Shown: positions 39,569 to 53,321, numbered from the stretch's first letter. The stretch is DNA of 64,000 bases from Anaeramoeba ignava BMAN (GCA_028826165.1 JAPDFW010000055.1:567857-631856); one strand, 5' to 3'. Made by a program: numbers and translations. Notes: generated by a model not told the origin, from the sequence alone.

Positions 39569-42512
39569 ATGGCAGATAGACAACAAGAAAGAGAAGATCT
39601 TATAAGTAATAAAATTATTGCAGAAATCAAAATTAAAAAATTAAAAGAATTTAGAGGAGAATTAAAAGAACATTTCAATTCAGTTGAAGAAGAATTAAAA
39701 AAACATGAAAATGATCCAATTAATTATATAACTCAACTTCAAAAAGGATTAAATGAAGCAAAATTTGCACAAGAATCACTTCATGAACCAATAGATCTTG
39801 GTGCACTTTTTTATGAATATCAACAAGGAAATCAAGAAATTTGTGATAATATTCTTGATGAACATAAACAAAAGTTATTAAAACAAATGCAACAAATTAA
39901 AAACAGAGGAGAATTAGTTTATCTTTATGGAAAAATATTAGAAGAACAAGCAAATTATGATGAAGAACAATATATTGAAAGACAACAAGAAAGAGAATTA
40001 GCAAAAAAACAAAGAAAAGAACAACTTGATAATGAAAATAACAATAACAATAATAATAATAATGAAAAAGAAAAAGATGAAAAAGAAAAAGATGAGAAAA
40101 AAGATGAGAAAAAAGATGAAAAAAGAACCAGTTAAAAAAACTTGGAAAGAAAGACTTGAAGAACATAAAAAAGAATATTCTAAATTATGGGCTCCTAAAA
40201 CAAAACAAGAAATTGAAGTTCCTGAAGAATATATTAATTCAATTTTTGATTTAATGGATCAAGAAATTTTAGAAATGGCAAGATTAAATGTTAAAAGTTT
40301 TATTGAAAATGAATTATTAGCACTTGTTCAAGAAGAAGAATTAAAATATGTTTTGAGTTTTATTCGTAAAAATATTCATATGCCTGGATTTTTTAGACAA
40401 AATGCATCTGGAATTCTTAGATCTGAATTAAAACTTTCTGAATGGACTGGTGCTTTAACAATTTTAATTTCTAAATTTAAAGAATTTAAATGGAATGAAA
40501 TAACATCACTTAGAAGTATTTTTACAAGAAAAAGATTTAGAATATTTTTGAAAGAAGATTTTATGACACTTGTTTTAACTAATTTAATTGGATTAAGATG
40601 GCAAATGAAATTAAAACAAATTTTAAGAACACTTCATCATTCTGGAATTAATTTCCCTTCTTTTGTTAATCATTCATCAGCAATTCAATACAGAAAACAA
40701 AAAGTACATTCATTATTTATGCCATTTTGTCCTGATAATTTATATGATTATCAAAATGTTGATAATTATGGACAAACAAGATTTTCAACAAATCAAACAC
40801 AAGGACCTGATTCTTTTCAAAAATTATTATGCCATTTAAATGGAGAATTATCATTTTTAAGAGCTGTTTTTCCAGAAAGATCATTAGCATTTTTTAGAAC
40901 TGATATTAAAGATTATTTCCCAAGAATTCAACACAACACACTTCTTTATATATTAAAGAAAATAGGAGTTACAGATGATTGGATTGAATTTTTTAGAAAA
41001 TTTCTTGAAGTTGTTGTTCATATTGAAGGAGAAACATACGTTTGTCAAAGAGGAATTCCATTAGATCACAGTCTTTCAATTTTATTTAGTGATTTAATGT
41101 TATGGTTAATGGATGTATCAGTATTTAAAAAAACTGATGTTGAATTAATTAGAGCATTAGATGATATCTTCTTTATTACAGTTGATACTGAAAGAGCAAC
41201 CAGAGCATTTAAAGAAATTGAAAACTTTTGTTCTAAAATGGGATTTGAATTAAATTATGATAAAACTGGATATTCATTTAGTGATGGAAGTAAAATTGAA
41301 GAACTTGAAAACAAAACCAAAGAAATCAAATGGGGATTATTAAAATTAAAAGATTGTGATTGGATAATAAGTGATGAAAGTTTAAAAGAAGTTCTTGATG
41401 GATTTAAAGATGCAATTTCATTTGATTCACCAGTTTTAACAATTATCTCATTATGGAATAGTTATATTCATTATATTATTAAGAATTTAGGAATATTTGT
41501 TTATTTAGGAAAAGAACATCTTAATAATGTTTCTAAAAAGATCAAAGAAATTGAAAAAGAAATATTTGGAGAAAAAGGAATTGTTAAATTAATTAAAGAA
41601 AAAATATTAGAAAGATTTGGAGAAGGAAACATTAAAGATATTCCATTAGGATTTATTTTCTTACCATTAGAATGTGGAGGACTTGGATTATTTCAACCTA
41701 ATATTTACATTTACACATTCAAACAAAGTTCAGATTATAGAGTTGAAAAACCAACAACATTAAAACAATCAACAGAAGATCTTGGATTTGGATTATCACC
41801 ATTTACACAATATGGAACAACATCATTATTACAACAACAAAATCAAATGTTTTCAAATCAATATGGAGGAGGATTTGGAGCGAAAAAATCATCATTTGGA
41901 TTTGGGCCAAGATACACATCTTCATCAATGAAATCAACATCAATGAAAGCAGTTCCTAAAATGATGGCTAAAAGAAAAGTATTTGGAAGAGCTAAATCCA
42001 AAAGTAAACCAATATTTGCCAAAATTGAATCAGAATCTGATGAATATGAAGATGAATATGATGATAATGAAAAAGATATAAAAGATAAAAAAGGAGGAAA
42101 AGAAGAAAAAGAAGAAGAAGAATTAAAAGTGCCAGGAATTCCAGATTTTTTTAATTGTCCTGAAATGTTATTAAATCAAGAATATGGATATTTTTATAAT
42201 CAACTTCAACAACCATTAGATCAAAGTGGACCATCACATCATAATGTTGATTTATCATCACAATATTCATATGAATATGGATATGGATATGGAGGAGGAG
42301 GAGGAAGATTTGGATATAGATCAAAAATGATGGCAAGAAGAAGAGCAAGACCAAGAACAACAACAGCAAGTTATACAACACCATATCATATTTGGTTATT
42401 CCATATTTATGATGATTTAAAAGATTTTGCAGGCAAACTTGATTATCAACATCCTGATTTAATTCCATCAATTTTAATCAAACAAATCAAATCAAATCAA
42501 AGAAATTTATAA
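39569..42512 (+). CDS. rvt: rvt-class cellular reverse transcriptase-related protein (~980 aa, intronless; frame break in an A-run near 40120)
   Basis: RT motifs FFRTDIKDYFPRIQH, RGIPLDHSLSILF, IRALDDIFF, GFELNYDKTG and IKWGLLKL. rvt-type flanks: LSEWTGALTIL, KRFRIFLKEDF...IGLRW, QKLLCHLNGE, WNSY, IPLGFIFLPLECGGLGL, W..IY...LIP. N-terminal coiled coil; no endonuclease, RNase H or integrase. Confidence 0.85.
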
Positions 42513-42514
42513 TT

Positions 42515-44075
42515 TTCCAATTTACAATTTTCAATTCAATTTACAATTTAAAATCAATAATTCTTTTCAATTCAATTTATAATTTAAAATCAATAATTCT
42601 TTTTAATTCAATTCTTTTTAATTCAATTTATAATTTAAAATTAATAATTCTTTTTAATTCAATTTACAATTTAAAATTAATAATTCTTTTTAATTTAATT
42701 TATAATTTTAAATAATTCTTTTAATTCAATTTACAATTTAAAATCAATAATTCTTTTTAAAATTAATAAAATTCTTTTTAATTTAATTTACAATTTAAAA
42801 TTAATAATTTTAAAAATCAATAATTCTTTTCAATTTAATTTACAATTTAAAATCAATAATTCTTTTAATTCAATTTATAATTTAAAATTAATATCTTTTT
42901 AATTTAATTTTAATTTAAAATTAATTCTTTTTAATTTAACAATTTAAAATTAATAATTCTTTTTAATTCAATTTACAATTTAAAATTAATAATTCTTTTT
43001 AATTTAATTTATAATTTAAAATTAATAATTCTTTTTAATTCAATTTGAATTTAAAATTAATAATTCTTTTTAATTCAATTTATAATTTAAAATCAATAAT
43101 TCTTTTTCAATTTAATTTATAATTTAAAATTAATAATTCTTTTTAATTCAATTTACAATTTAAAATTAATAATTCTTTTTAATTTAATTTATAATTTAAA
43201 ATTAATAATTCTTTTTAATTTAATTTACAATTTAAAATTAATAATTCTTTTTAATTCAATTTACAATTCAAAATTAATAATTCTTTTTAATTTAATTTAA
43301 ATCAATAATTCTTTTCAATTCAATTTATAATTTAAAATCAATAATTCTTTTCAATTCAATTTATAATTTAAAATCAATAATTCTTTTTAATTCAATTTAC
43401 AATTTAAAATTAATAATTCTTTTTAATTTAATTTATAATTTAAAATTAATAATTCTTTTCAATTTAATTTATAATTTAAAATTAATAATTCTTTTTAATT
43501 CAATTTACAATTTAAAATCAATAATTCTTTTTCAATTCAATTTATAATTTAAAATTAATAATTCTTTTTAATTTAATTTATAATTTAAAATTAATAATTC
43601 TTTTTAATTTAATTTATAATTTAAAATTAATAATTCTTTTTAATTTAATTTATAATTTAAAATCAATAATTCTTTTTAATTCAATTTATAATTTAAAATT
43701 AATAATTCTTTTTAATTTAATTTATAATTCAAAATCAATAATTCTTTTTAATTTAATTTACAATTTAAAATTAATAATTCTTTTTAATTCAATTTATAAT
43801 TTAAAATTAATAATTCTTTTTAATTCAATTTATAATTTAAAATTAATAATTCTTTTCAATTTAATTTATAATTTAAAATTAATAATTCTTTTCAATTTAA
43901 TTTTTATAATTTTTTAAAATTTATAATTTAAAATTAATAATTCTTTTTAATTCAATTTACAATTTAAAATCAATAATTCTTTTCAATTTAATTTATAATT
44001 TAAAATTAATAATTCTTTTTAATTCAATTTACAATTTAAAATCAATTATTCTTTTCAATTCAATTTACAATTTAA
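42515..44075 (+). repeat. 36-bp tandem array (TTYAATTTAYAATTTAAAATYAATAATTCTTTTYAA), roughly 40 units, directly after the rvt stop
   Basis: Regular 36-mer with C/T variation at four positions. Confidence 0.92.
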
Positions 44076-44187
44076 TAAAAACAAAATTCAAACAAAAATT
44101 TTTTTTAATTTTTTTTATTTTTCATTTTTTATTTTTCAAAAATAAATAAAAAATAAAAGTTTAAATTAAAAAAAATTAAATTAAAAA

Positions 44188-47118
44188 TGAATCAAGAAAA
44201 TCAAAATCAAAATCAAAATCAAAATCAAAATCAAAATCAAAATCAAAATCAAAATCAAAATCAAAATCAAAATCAAAATCAAAATCAAAAGTAAAAAAAT
44301 AAACAAAAAAAACAAAAAATAAAAAAAATTTTTTTTTCTTTTTATTTCTTTATTAAATTAAAATTTAATTTATTTTAAACATTAAATCAATTCAAAAAAC
44401 AAACAAAAAACACAAAAAAAAAAACAAAACAAATTTATTTTTATTTTTAAATTATTTATTTTTTAATAATAATAAAAAAAACAGAAATCAAAATCAAAAT
44501 CAAAATCAAAATCAAAATCAAAATCAAAATCAAAATCAAAATCAAAATCAAAATCAAAATCAAAATCAAAATCAATTTCAAAATGTAAGAAATTCAAGAA
44601 ATTCAAAAAATCAAAAAGAAATCAAAAACCAAAATCAAAATCAAAATCAAAATCAAAACCAAAGAAATCAAAAATCAAAATCAAAATCAAAATCAAAACC
44701 AAAATCAAAATCAATTTCAAAATCAAAATCAAAATCAAAATCAAAAAGAAAAATCAAAATCAAAACCAAAAGAAATCAAAGAAATCAAAAGAAATTCAAA
44801 ATCAAAATCGAAGAAATCCAAATCAAAATCAAAGAAATCCAAATCGAAGTCCAAATAAAAGTCCAAATCAAAGAAATCAAAATCAAAATCAAAATCAAAA
44901 TCAAAATCAAAATCAAAATCAAAATCAAAATAAACCAAAAACACAAAAAGAAATTGCTCAAAAAGAATTTCGAAATTTTACATTTGAACTTCATAATGGA
45001 TTAAGAAATAATGATATACCAAAATTAAATGATCTTTATAATATTAAAGTTGTTGAATTATCAAAAATACAAGTTAGTTTATGGCCAAATACTCAAGAAA
45101 TTCTTCAATTTATTCATAATATTTCTCAAAGTATATTTATTTATTAAAATTAAAATTAAAATTAAAATTAAAAATTAAAATTAAAATTAAAATTAAAATT
45201 AAAATTAAAATTTATTAAAATTTAAAATTAAAATTAAAATTAATATTTAAAATTAAAATTAAAATTAAAAATAAAATTAATATTAAAATTAAAATTAAAA
45301 TTAAAAATAAAAATTAAAATTAAAATTAAAATTCAAGACAAAAAACAACCACAAGAAACACATGAACTTCTTCCACTTTTATATCAAGAATTATATTACC
45401 GATATATCTTTTCTAAAGAAAAACCATCATTAGAATATTATGTTAAATCATATTTAAATTATGAAGAATTATTTGAAAAAGTAAAACAACCACAAAATAA
45501 AAGAAGTATAAATTTACCGATAAATTGGTGTTGGGATATTATTGATGAATTCATTTATCAATTTCAAAGCTTTTCAATTTTTACAAATCAATTAAAATAT
45601 CCAAGAGATAAAAATGAAATTAATGAATTAACAACCAAATATAAAGATATTTGGAATCCAAGAAATGTTTTGAAAAGATTACAAAATCTTAGTCAAATAT
45701 CTAAATTTGATGAATTACAAAATCCAGAAAAATTCAAAATTGAAAATTTATTAGGATATTTTTCAATGATTGGACAAATTTTAATTAATACACAAATTGG
45801 AGATTATAATCTTGCATTACAATATGCTAAAAATTTCAATTTATTTGAAAGAGATTTTTATACAAGAGTATTAAGATGTAGTATGAGTTTACATTATAAT
45901 GTTGGATTTTGCTATTTAATGACAAATCAATTTGTAAATGGAATTAAACATTTTGCATCAATTTTAAGTTATTTTTCAAGAGTTAAACAAAATGATTTAT
46001 TAGAATTTCAACAAGAAGCAATAATGAAAAAAGTCGATCAAATGTATTCATTACTTGCAATATGTTGGGTATTTGGATCAGATAAATTTTCTAAAATACC
46101 TGATATAATATTAGAAAATTTAGAATCAAAACATTCATCACAAATTACAAGAATTAAGAATGGGTAAATATTAAATATTAATAATTAAAAATTAAAATTA
46201 AAAATTAGAATTAAAATTAATATTAAAATTAAAATTAAAATTAAAATTAAAATTAAAATTAAAATTAAAATTAAAATTAAAATTAAAAATTAAAATTAAA
46301 ATTAAAAATTAAAATTAAAATTAAAATTAAAATTAAAAATCAAAATTAAAATTAAAATTAAAATTAAAAATCAAAATTAAAATTAAAAATTAAAAATTAA
46401 AATTAAAATTAAAATTAAAATTAAAATTAAAATTAAAATTAAAATTAAAATTAAAATTAAAAATTAAAATTAAAATTAAAATTAAAATTAAAATTAAAAA
46501 TAAAAATTAAAAAAATTAAAATTAAAAATTAAAATTAAAATTAAATTAAAATTAAAATTAAAAATTAAAAATTATATTTAAAATCAAAATTAAAATTAAA
46601 ATTTAAATTAAAATTAAAATTATATTTAAAATAAAATAGAGAAGAAAGCATTAATTGAATTATTTTCATTATCACAAAAACAACAATATTTTAAAAAGCA
46701 CAATTTTTAAAAGAAAACATGATTAAAAAGAAAATTATCAAATCAAATTGAATTATTTAAAAACAAAATGAGACCACATCTTGAAGCATTAAAACTTAAA
46801 AGAAATCTTGAAATGTATCAAAAAATGTTGAAATTTCTAAATTAGCAAAAAAACACAAACAAAAATGAAAAGAAAATTATTGAAGAATTATTATTATTAA
46901 AATCAAGAATTTTAGAAATTAATTTATATAAAAACAAAAATGAAAAAAATGAAAAAAATGAAGAAGAAGAAGAAATTAATAAATTAGATCAAGGTATTCA
47001 ATTTTTAATTGAAAAACAAACAGTTAAAATTGAAGAAATCAAAAATCAAAAGAAAATTGGAGCATATTTTATTTACCAAATTTCAAATTTATCAGATTTA
47101 AAACTTAATCAAATTTAA
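44188..47118 (+). CDS. EIF3L: Eukaryotic translation initiation factor 3 subunit L, about 4 exons, NQ-repeat N-terminus; some indel noise
   Basis: LYQELYYRYIF, SYLNYEELF, LPINWCWDIIDEFIYQFQSF, LGYFSMIG...IGDY..AL, YNVGFCYLM, DQMYSLLAIC. Confidence 0.9.
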
Positions 47119-47285
47119 AATCAAAATTAAAATCAAAATCAAAATTAAAATTAAAATCAAAATCAAAATCAAAATTAAAATAAAAATTAAAATAAAAATT
47201 AGAAGAAAAATTAGAAGAAAAAGCATTAAAATTTCATTTTTTTTTATTAAAAGGTTTTGGAAAAAATATCAAAAAAAAATTGAAT

Positions 47286-50200
47286 TTAAATTTGATTTGA
47301 ATTTAAATTTGAATTTAAATTTGAATTTTGATTTAAATTTTGAGAAACAAATAAAGAAGAATTTGATTCAATTAATTCAATTTCATTTTTAAATTTTGAT
47401 TTATTTTCTTCTGAAATTTCTTCACACCATAAATTTAAAGGTAAACCTCCTTGTTTTTCATTTCTTTGATATTTTATATTCTTTTCTGAATCAAAATCAA
47501 ATATATCAGCAACTCGACTTGAAACAATTTCAACAACATTTTTAAGAAATTGTGGTTCTTGTTTTGCTTTTTTAAGAAAATTTTCTTCATTTTCTAAAGA
47601 TGAAAGTAATTGAATTTTTAAATCAATATCTAAATCTCCTAAATTTTTTAAAACATCATCAATAAATTCTTCATCTAAAAGAAACATATCTTGCTTTAAA
47701 GAATTTAAAAATTGTCTAAATTTTTTAAAATCAAAATTTAAATATTAATTTAAATATTTATTTAAAAATTGATTTAAACATTAATTTAAATATTGATTTA
47801 AATACTAATTTAAAAATTAATTTTAATATTAATATAAATATAAATTTAAATATTAATTTAAATATTAATTTAAATATTAATTTAAATATTAATTTAAATA
47901 TTGATTTTTAAATATTAATTTAAATATTTAATTTAAATATTAAAGAATTTAAAACGACAAAAATGATTTTATATATTATTTTAAAATTTTATATAATAAA
48001 TTTCTTGTATTTTAAATATTTAAATATAAATATTAATTTAAAAGGCATTTGTTGATTTATTTATTGATTAAAAATTATAATTTAAAAATCTTTTGTTGAT
48101 TTTAAATATGTTTGATTTTTTAAATCATTTGTTTTAAATAATATATATATTGATTTAAATATTCAATTTAAATATTAATTTAAATATTAATATAAATATT
48201 TATTTTAAATATTTTTATATATTTTTGATTTAAATATTCAATTTAAATATTAATTTAAATATTAATTTAAATATTAATTTAAATATTGATTTAAATATTG
48301 ATTTAAATATTTATTTAAATAAAGATTTAAAAATTTTTAAATATTAATATAAATATTAATTTAAATATTAATTTTAAACATTAATTTAAATATTAATTTT
48401 ATACTTTCATTAATTTAAATATTAATTTTAAATATTAATTTAAATATTTTACAATTTAAATATTTTATATAAAATATTAATTTAAATATTCATATAAAAT
48501 ATTAATTTGAAATATTAATTTAAATATTGATTTAAATATTAATTTAAATATTGACGCCAAAATATAAATTTTAAATATTTGATTTATATATTAATTTAAA
48601 TATTAATTTAAATATTCATTTAAATATTAATTTAAACATAAATTTAAATATGGAATTTTTAAATATTTTTAAATATGAAATTTTTAAATATTGATTTAAA
48701 TATTAATTTAAACATTAATTTTTTAATTTAAATATTAATTTTAAATATTGAATTTTAAATATTAATTTAAATATTAATTTTATATATTTTTTAAATTTAA
48801 TTTTAAATTTAATTTTAAATATTGATTTAAATATTCATTTAAATATTGATTTTAAATATTAATTTAAACATTAATTTAAATATTTATTTAAATATTAATT
48901 TAAACATTGATTTAAATATAAATTTAAATATTTTATATAAATATTAATTTCTACAGTCGATCTTGAGAAAGAATTCCTAAACGACAAAAATGATAATGAA
49001 AATTTTCAGGAAATGGATAATAAAGTTCTTGTATTGCAATATATAAATTCCTTAATACATAAAAGGCATTTTGTTGATATTTTTCAAGTGTAAAATTATG
49101 TTCTAAATCTTTTGTTGATTTTTCTTGTTGATTTTGATTATCATCTGTTGTTGTTGTAAAAGTGGAATCAAAACTATTTTGTTCATTAATATTAACAAAA
49201 TCATCATCCAAACTATTTTCTGCATTTGATTTATCTACTTGAGTTTTATTTTTAGATGAATTTTTTTTTGCATTTCTTTTTGGAATGGGTTTGACAATAT
49301 ATTTTTTTGCAAATTCATTTCTTTGTTCCAAAATGACTTTTTTAATAATTTTCCGACTTGGTTGTTTAATTTCGTTTTCCATTGATAAAGACTGCAAATT
49401 TTTCCAACTTTTGATATTTGTAATCTCATAATTTTTGCCTTGAATTTGGACACTTAATAAAACACTTTTCAAAACTGAAAATAATGAATTAACTGAATCA
49501 TTCATACAATTTAAAAAAATATTAATCAATTTGATCACAAATATTTTTTGATTCCTTGTTCTTATTGGGAAATATTGCATAATATGGTCTGAAATAATTC
49601 TTGCAATCATTTTTCTTTGATTTAAAATTTGATGTCCTGGCCAAAAATAATTTTTATCTTCTATAAATTGATCAAATAAATCATCACCTTCCTTTTTTTT
49701 CTTGTTTGGTGTATCTTCAAATTCATTCACAAGAGCAATATATGGAATTTTTCGAAATTTTAAATATGAAAATCTTTTACAAGGTTTGAATCCTATTTTT
49801 GAATTTGTTGATTCTTGGATTTGAATTTTACGAATATTTAAATCATGACTTGTTTGGATTCCTTTTTTAAGTTTTTTAACCTATGAATATAAATTTTGAT
49901 TTAATTTTTGATTTAATTTTGATTTTGATTTAATTTTGATTTAATTTTGATTTAATTTTAATTTAAATTTGATTTAAATTTGATTTAAATTTGATTTAAA
50001 TTTGATTTAATTTTGATTTAATTTTGATTTAATTTTGATTTAATTTTGATTTAATTTTGATTTAAATTTTAATTTAAATTTGATTTAAATTTGATTTAAA
50101 TTTGATTTAATTTTGATTTAATTTTGATTTTGATTTAATTTTGATTTAATTTTGATTTAATTTTGATTTTGATTTGGATTTAAAATTGATTTAATTTTGA

Positions 50201-53122
50201 TTTAAATTTAAATTTAATTTTGATTTAATTTTGATTTAATTTTGATTAAAATTGATTTAATTTTAATTTAATTTTGATTTAATTTTGATTTAATTTTGAT
50301 TTAAATTTAATTTAATTTTGATTTAAATTTGATTTAATTTTGATTTAATTTTGATTTAATTTTGATTTGATTTTGATTTAATTTTGATTTAAATTTTAAT
50401 TTAAAATTGATTTAATTTTGATTTAATTTAAAAATTTGAATTTTTTATACAATAGACTGATAAGATAATATGGAAGTAACAGGAAATGCTTGAATAAGAT
50501 TATTTGCAAATTCTCTTAAATTAGATTCAAATTTATAATTTCGAAAATTAAGATAAGTATTTCCAATGAGATATTCCTGAAAAAATTCAGGTGTTAAAGC
50601 TTGTGGAAAATTTCCAGATAAATGATAAATTAAATGATTAACACGAAATGGTTCCATCATATGCATTACTAAAATATGTAATGTTGGTATTGAAAATTTC
50701 ATCATTTTTGGGCTTGTAAAAATATGATAAATTCCATTAGTATCAATTCTATAACGAAATGCTGTTTCATTTTTGTTATCAATTAAACAATTTCCTTTTG
50801 ATATCATTATTTTTCAAATTTCAAATTATAAATTATAAAAAAAAGGTTTAATTTTTCAATAAATTTGTTTCCAAAAAATGATTTTCCAAAAATCAACCTT
50901 GTTTTTTAAGAGTTTCTGTTGAATCATGTGCAAGAAATACTATTTTCGAAATATTAGGAATACATTCATTATCATCTTCATTATTTGAATCTCCTAAAGG
51001 TGTTGCATTTTCATTTCCTGTTTAAATTTAAATTTAAATTTAATTTTATAAATGAATATTAATATCATCAATAATTACCAAAAAAACGAAGAGAATCACA
51101 AGTTTCATGAATTTTAGCACAATCAACAAATTGAATAAATTTTCCAGGAATGTAAATAAGAAGAAGTTCGCAAACAGATCCAAAAAAAACTCTTATATCT
51201 TTTAATTTTTCTTGTGAAATTCCTGATAAAGGTATTTCAATTTCTAATTTTTCTTGGCGATGTAATACCCAAATAATAACCAAAATGAAAGGAACATTAT
51301 GAGTTGGAAACATAATAATTTGTTGACATAAACAAAAAGCAGACTATATGATTTCAATTTAAATATTTTATTTAAATATTAATTTAAATATTAATTTAAA
51401 ATAATTTAAAATATTTAAATATTAATTTAAATATCAATTTAAATATTTGATTTAAATATTTGATTTAAATATTTGATTTAAATATTAATTTAAATATTCA
51501 ATTTAAAATATTGATTTAAAATATTCAATTTAAATATTTAATTTAAATTTGGATTGAAATATTAAATTTAAAATAATTTAAATATTAATTTAAATATTTG
51601 ATTTTAATATTAATTTAAATATTAATTTTAAAATAATTGAAATATTAATTTAAATATTAATTTAAAATAATTTAAATATTAATTTAAAATAATTTAAATA
51701 TTAATATTTTGTTAAATGATAATAGATTAATTAATCTGAAAGCTAACATGAGAGAGTTGAATAATTTCAAAATTTAAGTTTGAATCAGGTGAAGTATAAC
51801 CATGTGTATAAATATGATGTGTATAAATATTTTGATTTGATTCTTGCCCAAGATGATCAATTTTGATTGGGTATTCAAGAAGTATTTGAGAATTTTTCGA
51901 ATTAAATGACACACAAGTTAATATGTATTCAGATCCACTTCTTTTCTTAATATAAAATAAATTTCTTGCAACAGAATCAAATTCATACCATAAAAAGTTC
52001 TTACAAACCAAATAAGATTGTGAAATTTTGGAAATAATTTTCTAAATTTAATTTTGAATTTTGAATTTTGAATTTTAATTTTGAATTTTGAATTTGAATT
52101 TTAAATTGTAATAGCACTTTATGAAGCTTTTTTTTATTGGCTAAACTGATCTTTATCACTTCAATTTGAAATTTATCTTGAATAAATAATAAAGAATCAT
52201 GATTTGAACTAAAATCATTTTTTAAAAACTAATTTGATCCATTTGAATTTATTTTTGACAAATTAGAAATTAATTTGAATTAAAAATAAATGGTAAATGA
52301 AATATTTACAATTGCTTTTTGGAAAATTTGTGATTTATTTCCAATTTCTTTAAGATTATTATCATTTTTAAGTTCAACAATAAATGTTTGATAATAAGCT
52401 AAAAAAAAAATATTTAATTTTTAAATTGAAAATTTTAAATGGAAATTTTTAAATGGATTTTTCAAAAATTTAATACAAATATCTTCATTTTCTTCACGAA
52501 TTGTAAAAAATTTTGTGAAAGCTAAATTTTGATTAATTTTGAATTGAAAAAATTTTCAAAAAGATTTAGTTTATTTATATTTTTATTTTTATTTTGATTT
52601 TTTAATTGATTTAAAATCAAACCTAATAATGTTTCATTGTGATTTAAAGAAGCTCCAACACAATAAATTTTTTCAGAATGCTGATAAATGCATTTGCGAA
52701 TATAAAAAGAAATGTTATATAAATCTATTGAAGTTTTCATTTTTAAATCCTATTTTTGTAATTAATTTTTTTGGTAAATTATTTTGGATTAAAATTTTGT
52801 AATTGATTTTTAATTAAATTTGAAAAAGTTTTTTTTTTTTTCATCAACAAACTTTATCATAACAATCTCTTGAAACTAATATTTGTGTTTGTGAGTTTTT
52901 TTGGTGTTTATTTTCTTGTCCAACAACAATTAAATGTTTAACAATATTTCCAGAAATTTGATGAATTTTTTGAGAAGGAAAAATATTTTTTTTTGCTTTT
53001 TCTTCTTTATTTTTATTTTTATTCTTATTTTGTTTTATTTTATCTAAAGAATCTTTTGGAATTTCTGGAACAACTTCTTCTAAATTATCTGAAAGAGAAA
53101 ATAATCGATTAACACGAATCAT
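47286..53122 (-). CDS. GSAP/pigeon-like (gamma-secretase-activating protein family) multi-exon gene
   Basis: Exons encode IVVGQE, TSIDLYN...ASLNHNETLLG, FLWYEFD...LFYI, LLIYIPGKFIQFVD, FFQEYLIG, LYIAIQELYYPFPENFH..FCRLG and F.L.EEF, consistent with GSAP conserved blocks as recalled. Confidence 0.7.
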
Positions 53123-53321
53123 TTTTGAAATAATGAAAGAAAGAAAAGAAAGAAAAAATGTGAAAAAAAAAATGAATTTTGAAAATAAAAAAAACTAAAA
53201 AAATTTTTTGATTTGATTTTTATTTTAATTCTAATTTTAATTTTGATTTTAATTTTGATTTTGATTTTAATTTTGATTTTGATTTTAATTTTGATTTTAA
53301 TTTTAATTTTAATTTTTAATT

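Larger units (their letters stand above)
36200..47190 (+). repeat. Left arm of an ~11 kb inverted duplication (right arm about 53215-64000)
   Basis: Brr2 exon 1, AVL9, rvt, the 36-bp array and eIF3L recur in mirror order on the opposite strand. Confidence 0.95.

Noticed and set aside
40100-40135. Programmed frameshift between ORF 39569-40135 and the RT ORF (gag-pol-like)
   Set aside because: The break is in an A-run with 6 A here and 7 A in the inverted copy. Similar single-base breaks affect RFC3, EDC4 and RCC1-BTB, and rvt is normally one ORF. A homopolymer error is more likely.
39569-42512. Non-LTR retrotransposon, group II intron or telomerase
   Set aside because: No endonuclease, zinc knuckle, maturase/intron RNA or TERT T/CP motifs are visible; the flanking blocks match the rvt class.
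42515-44075. CRISPR array (36-bp repeat next to an RT)
   Set aside because: Units are head-to-tail with no unique spacers, there are no cas genes, and the context is eukaryotic.
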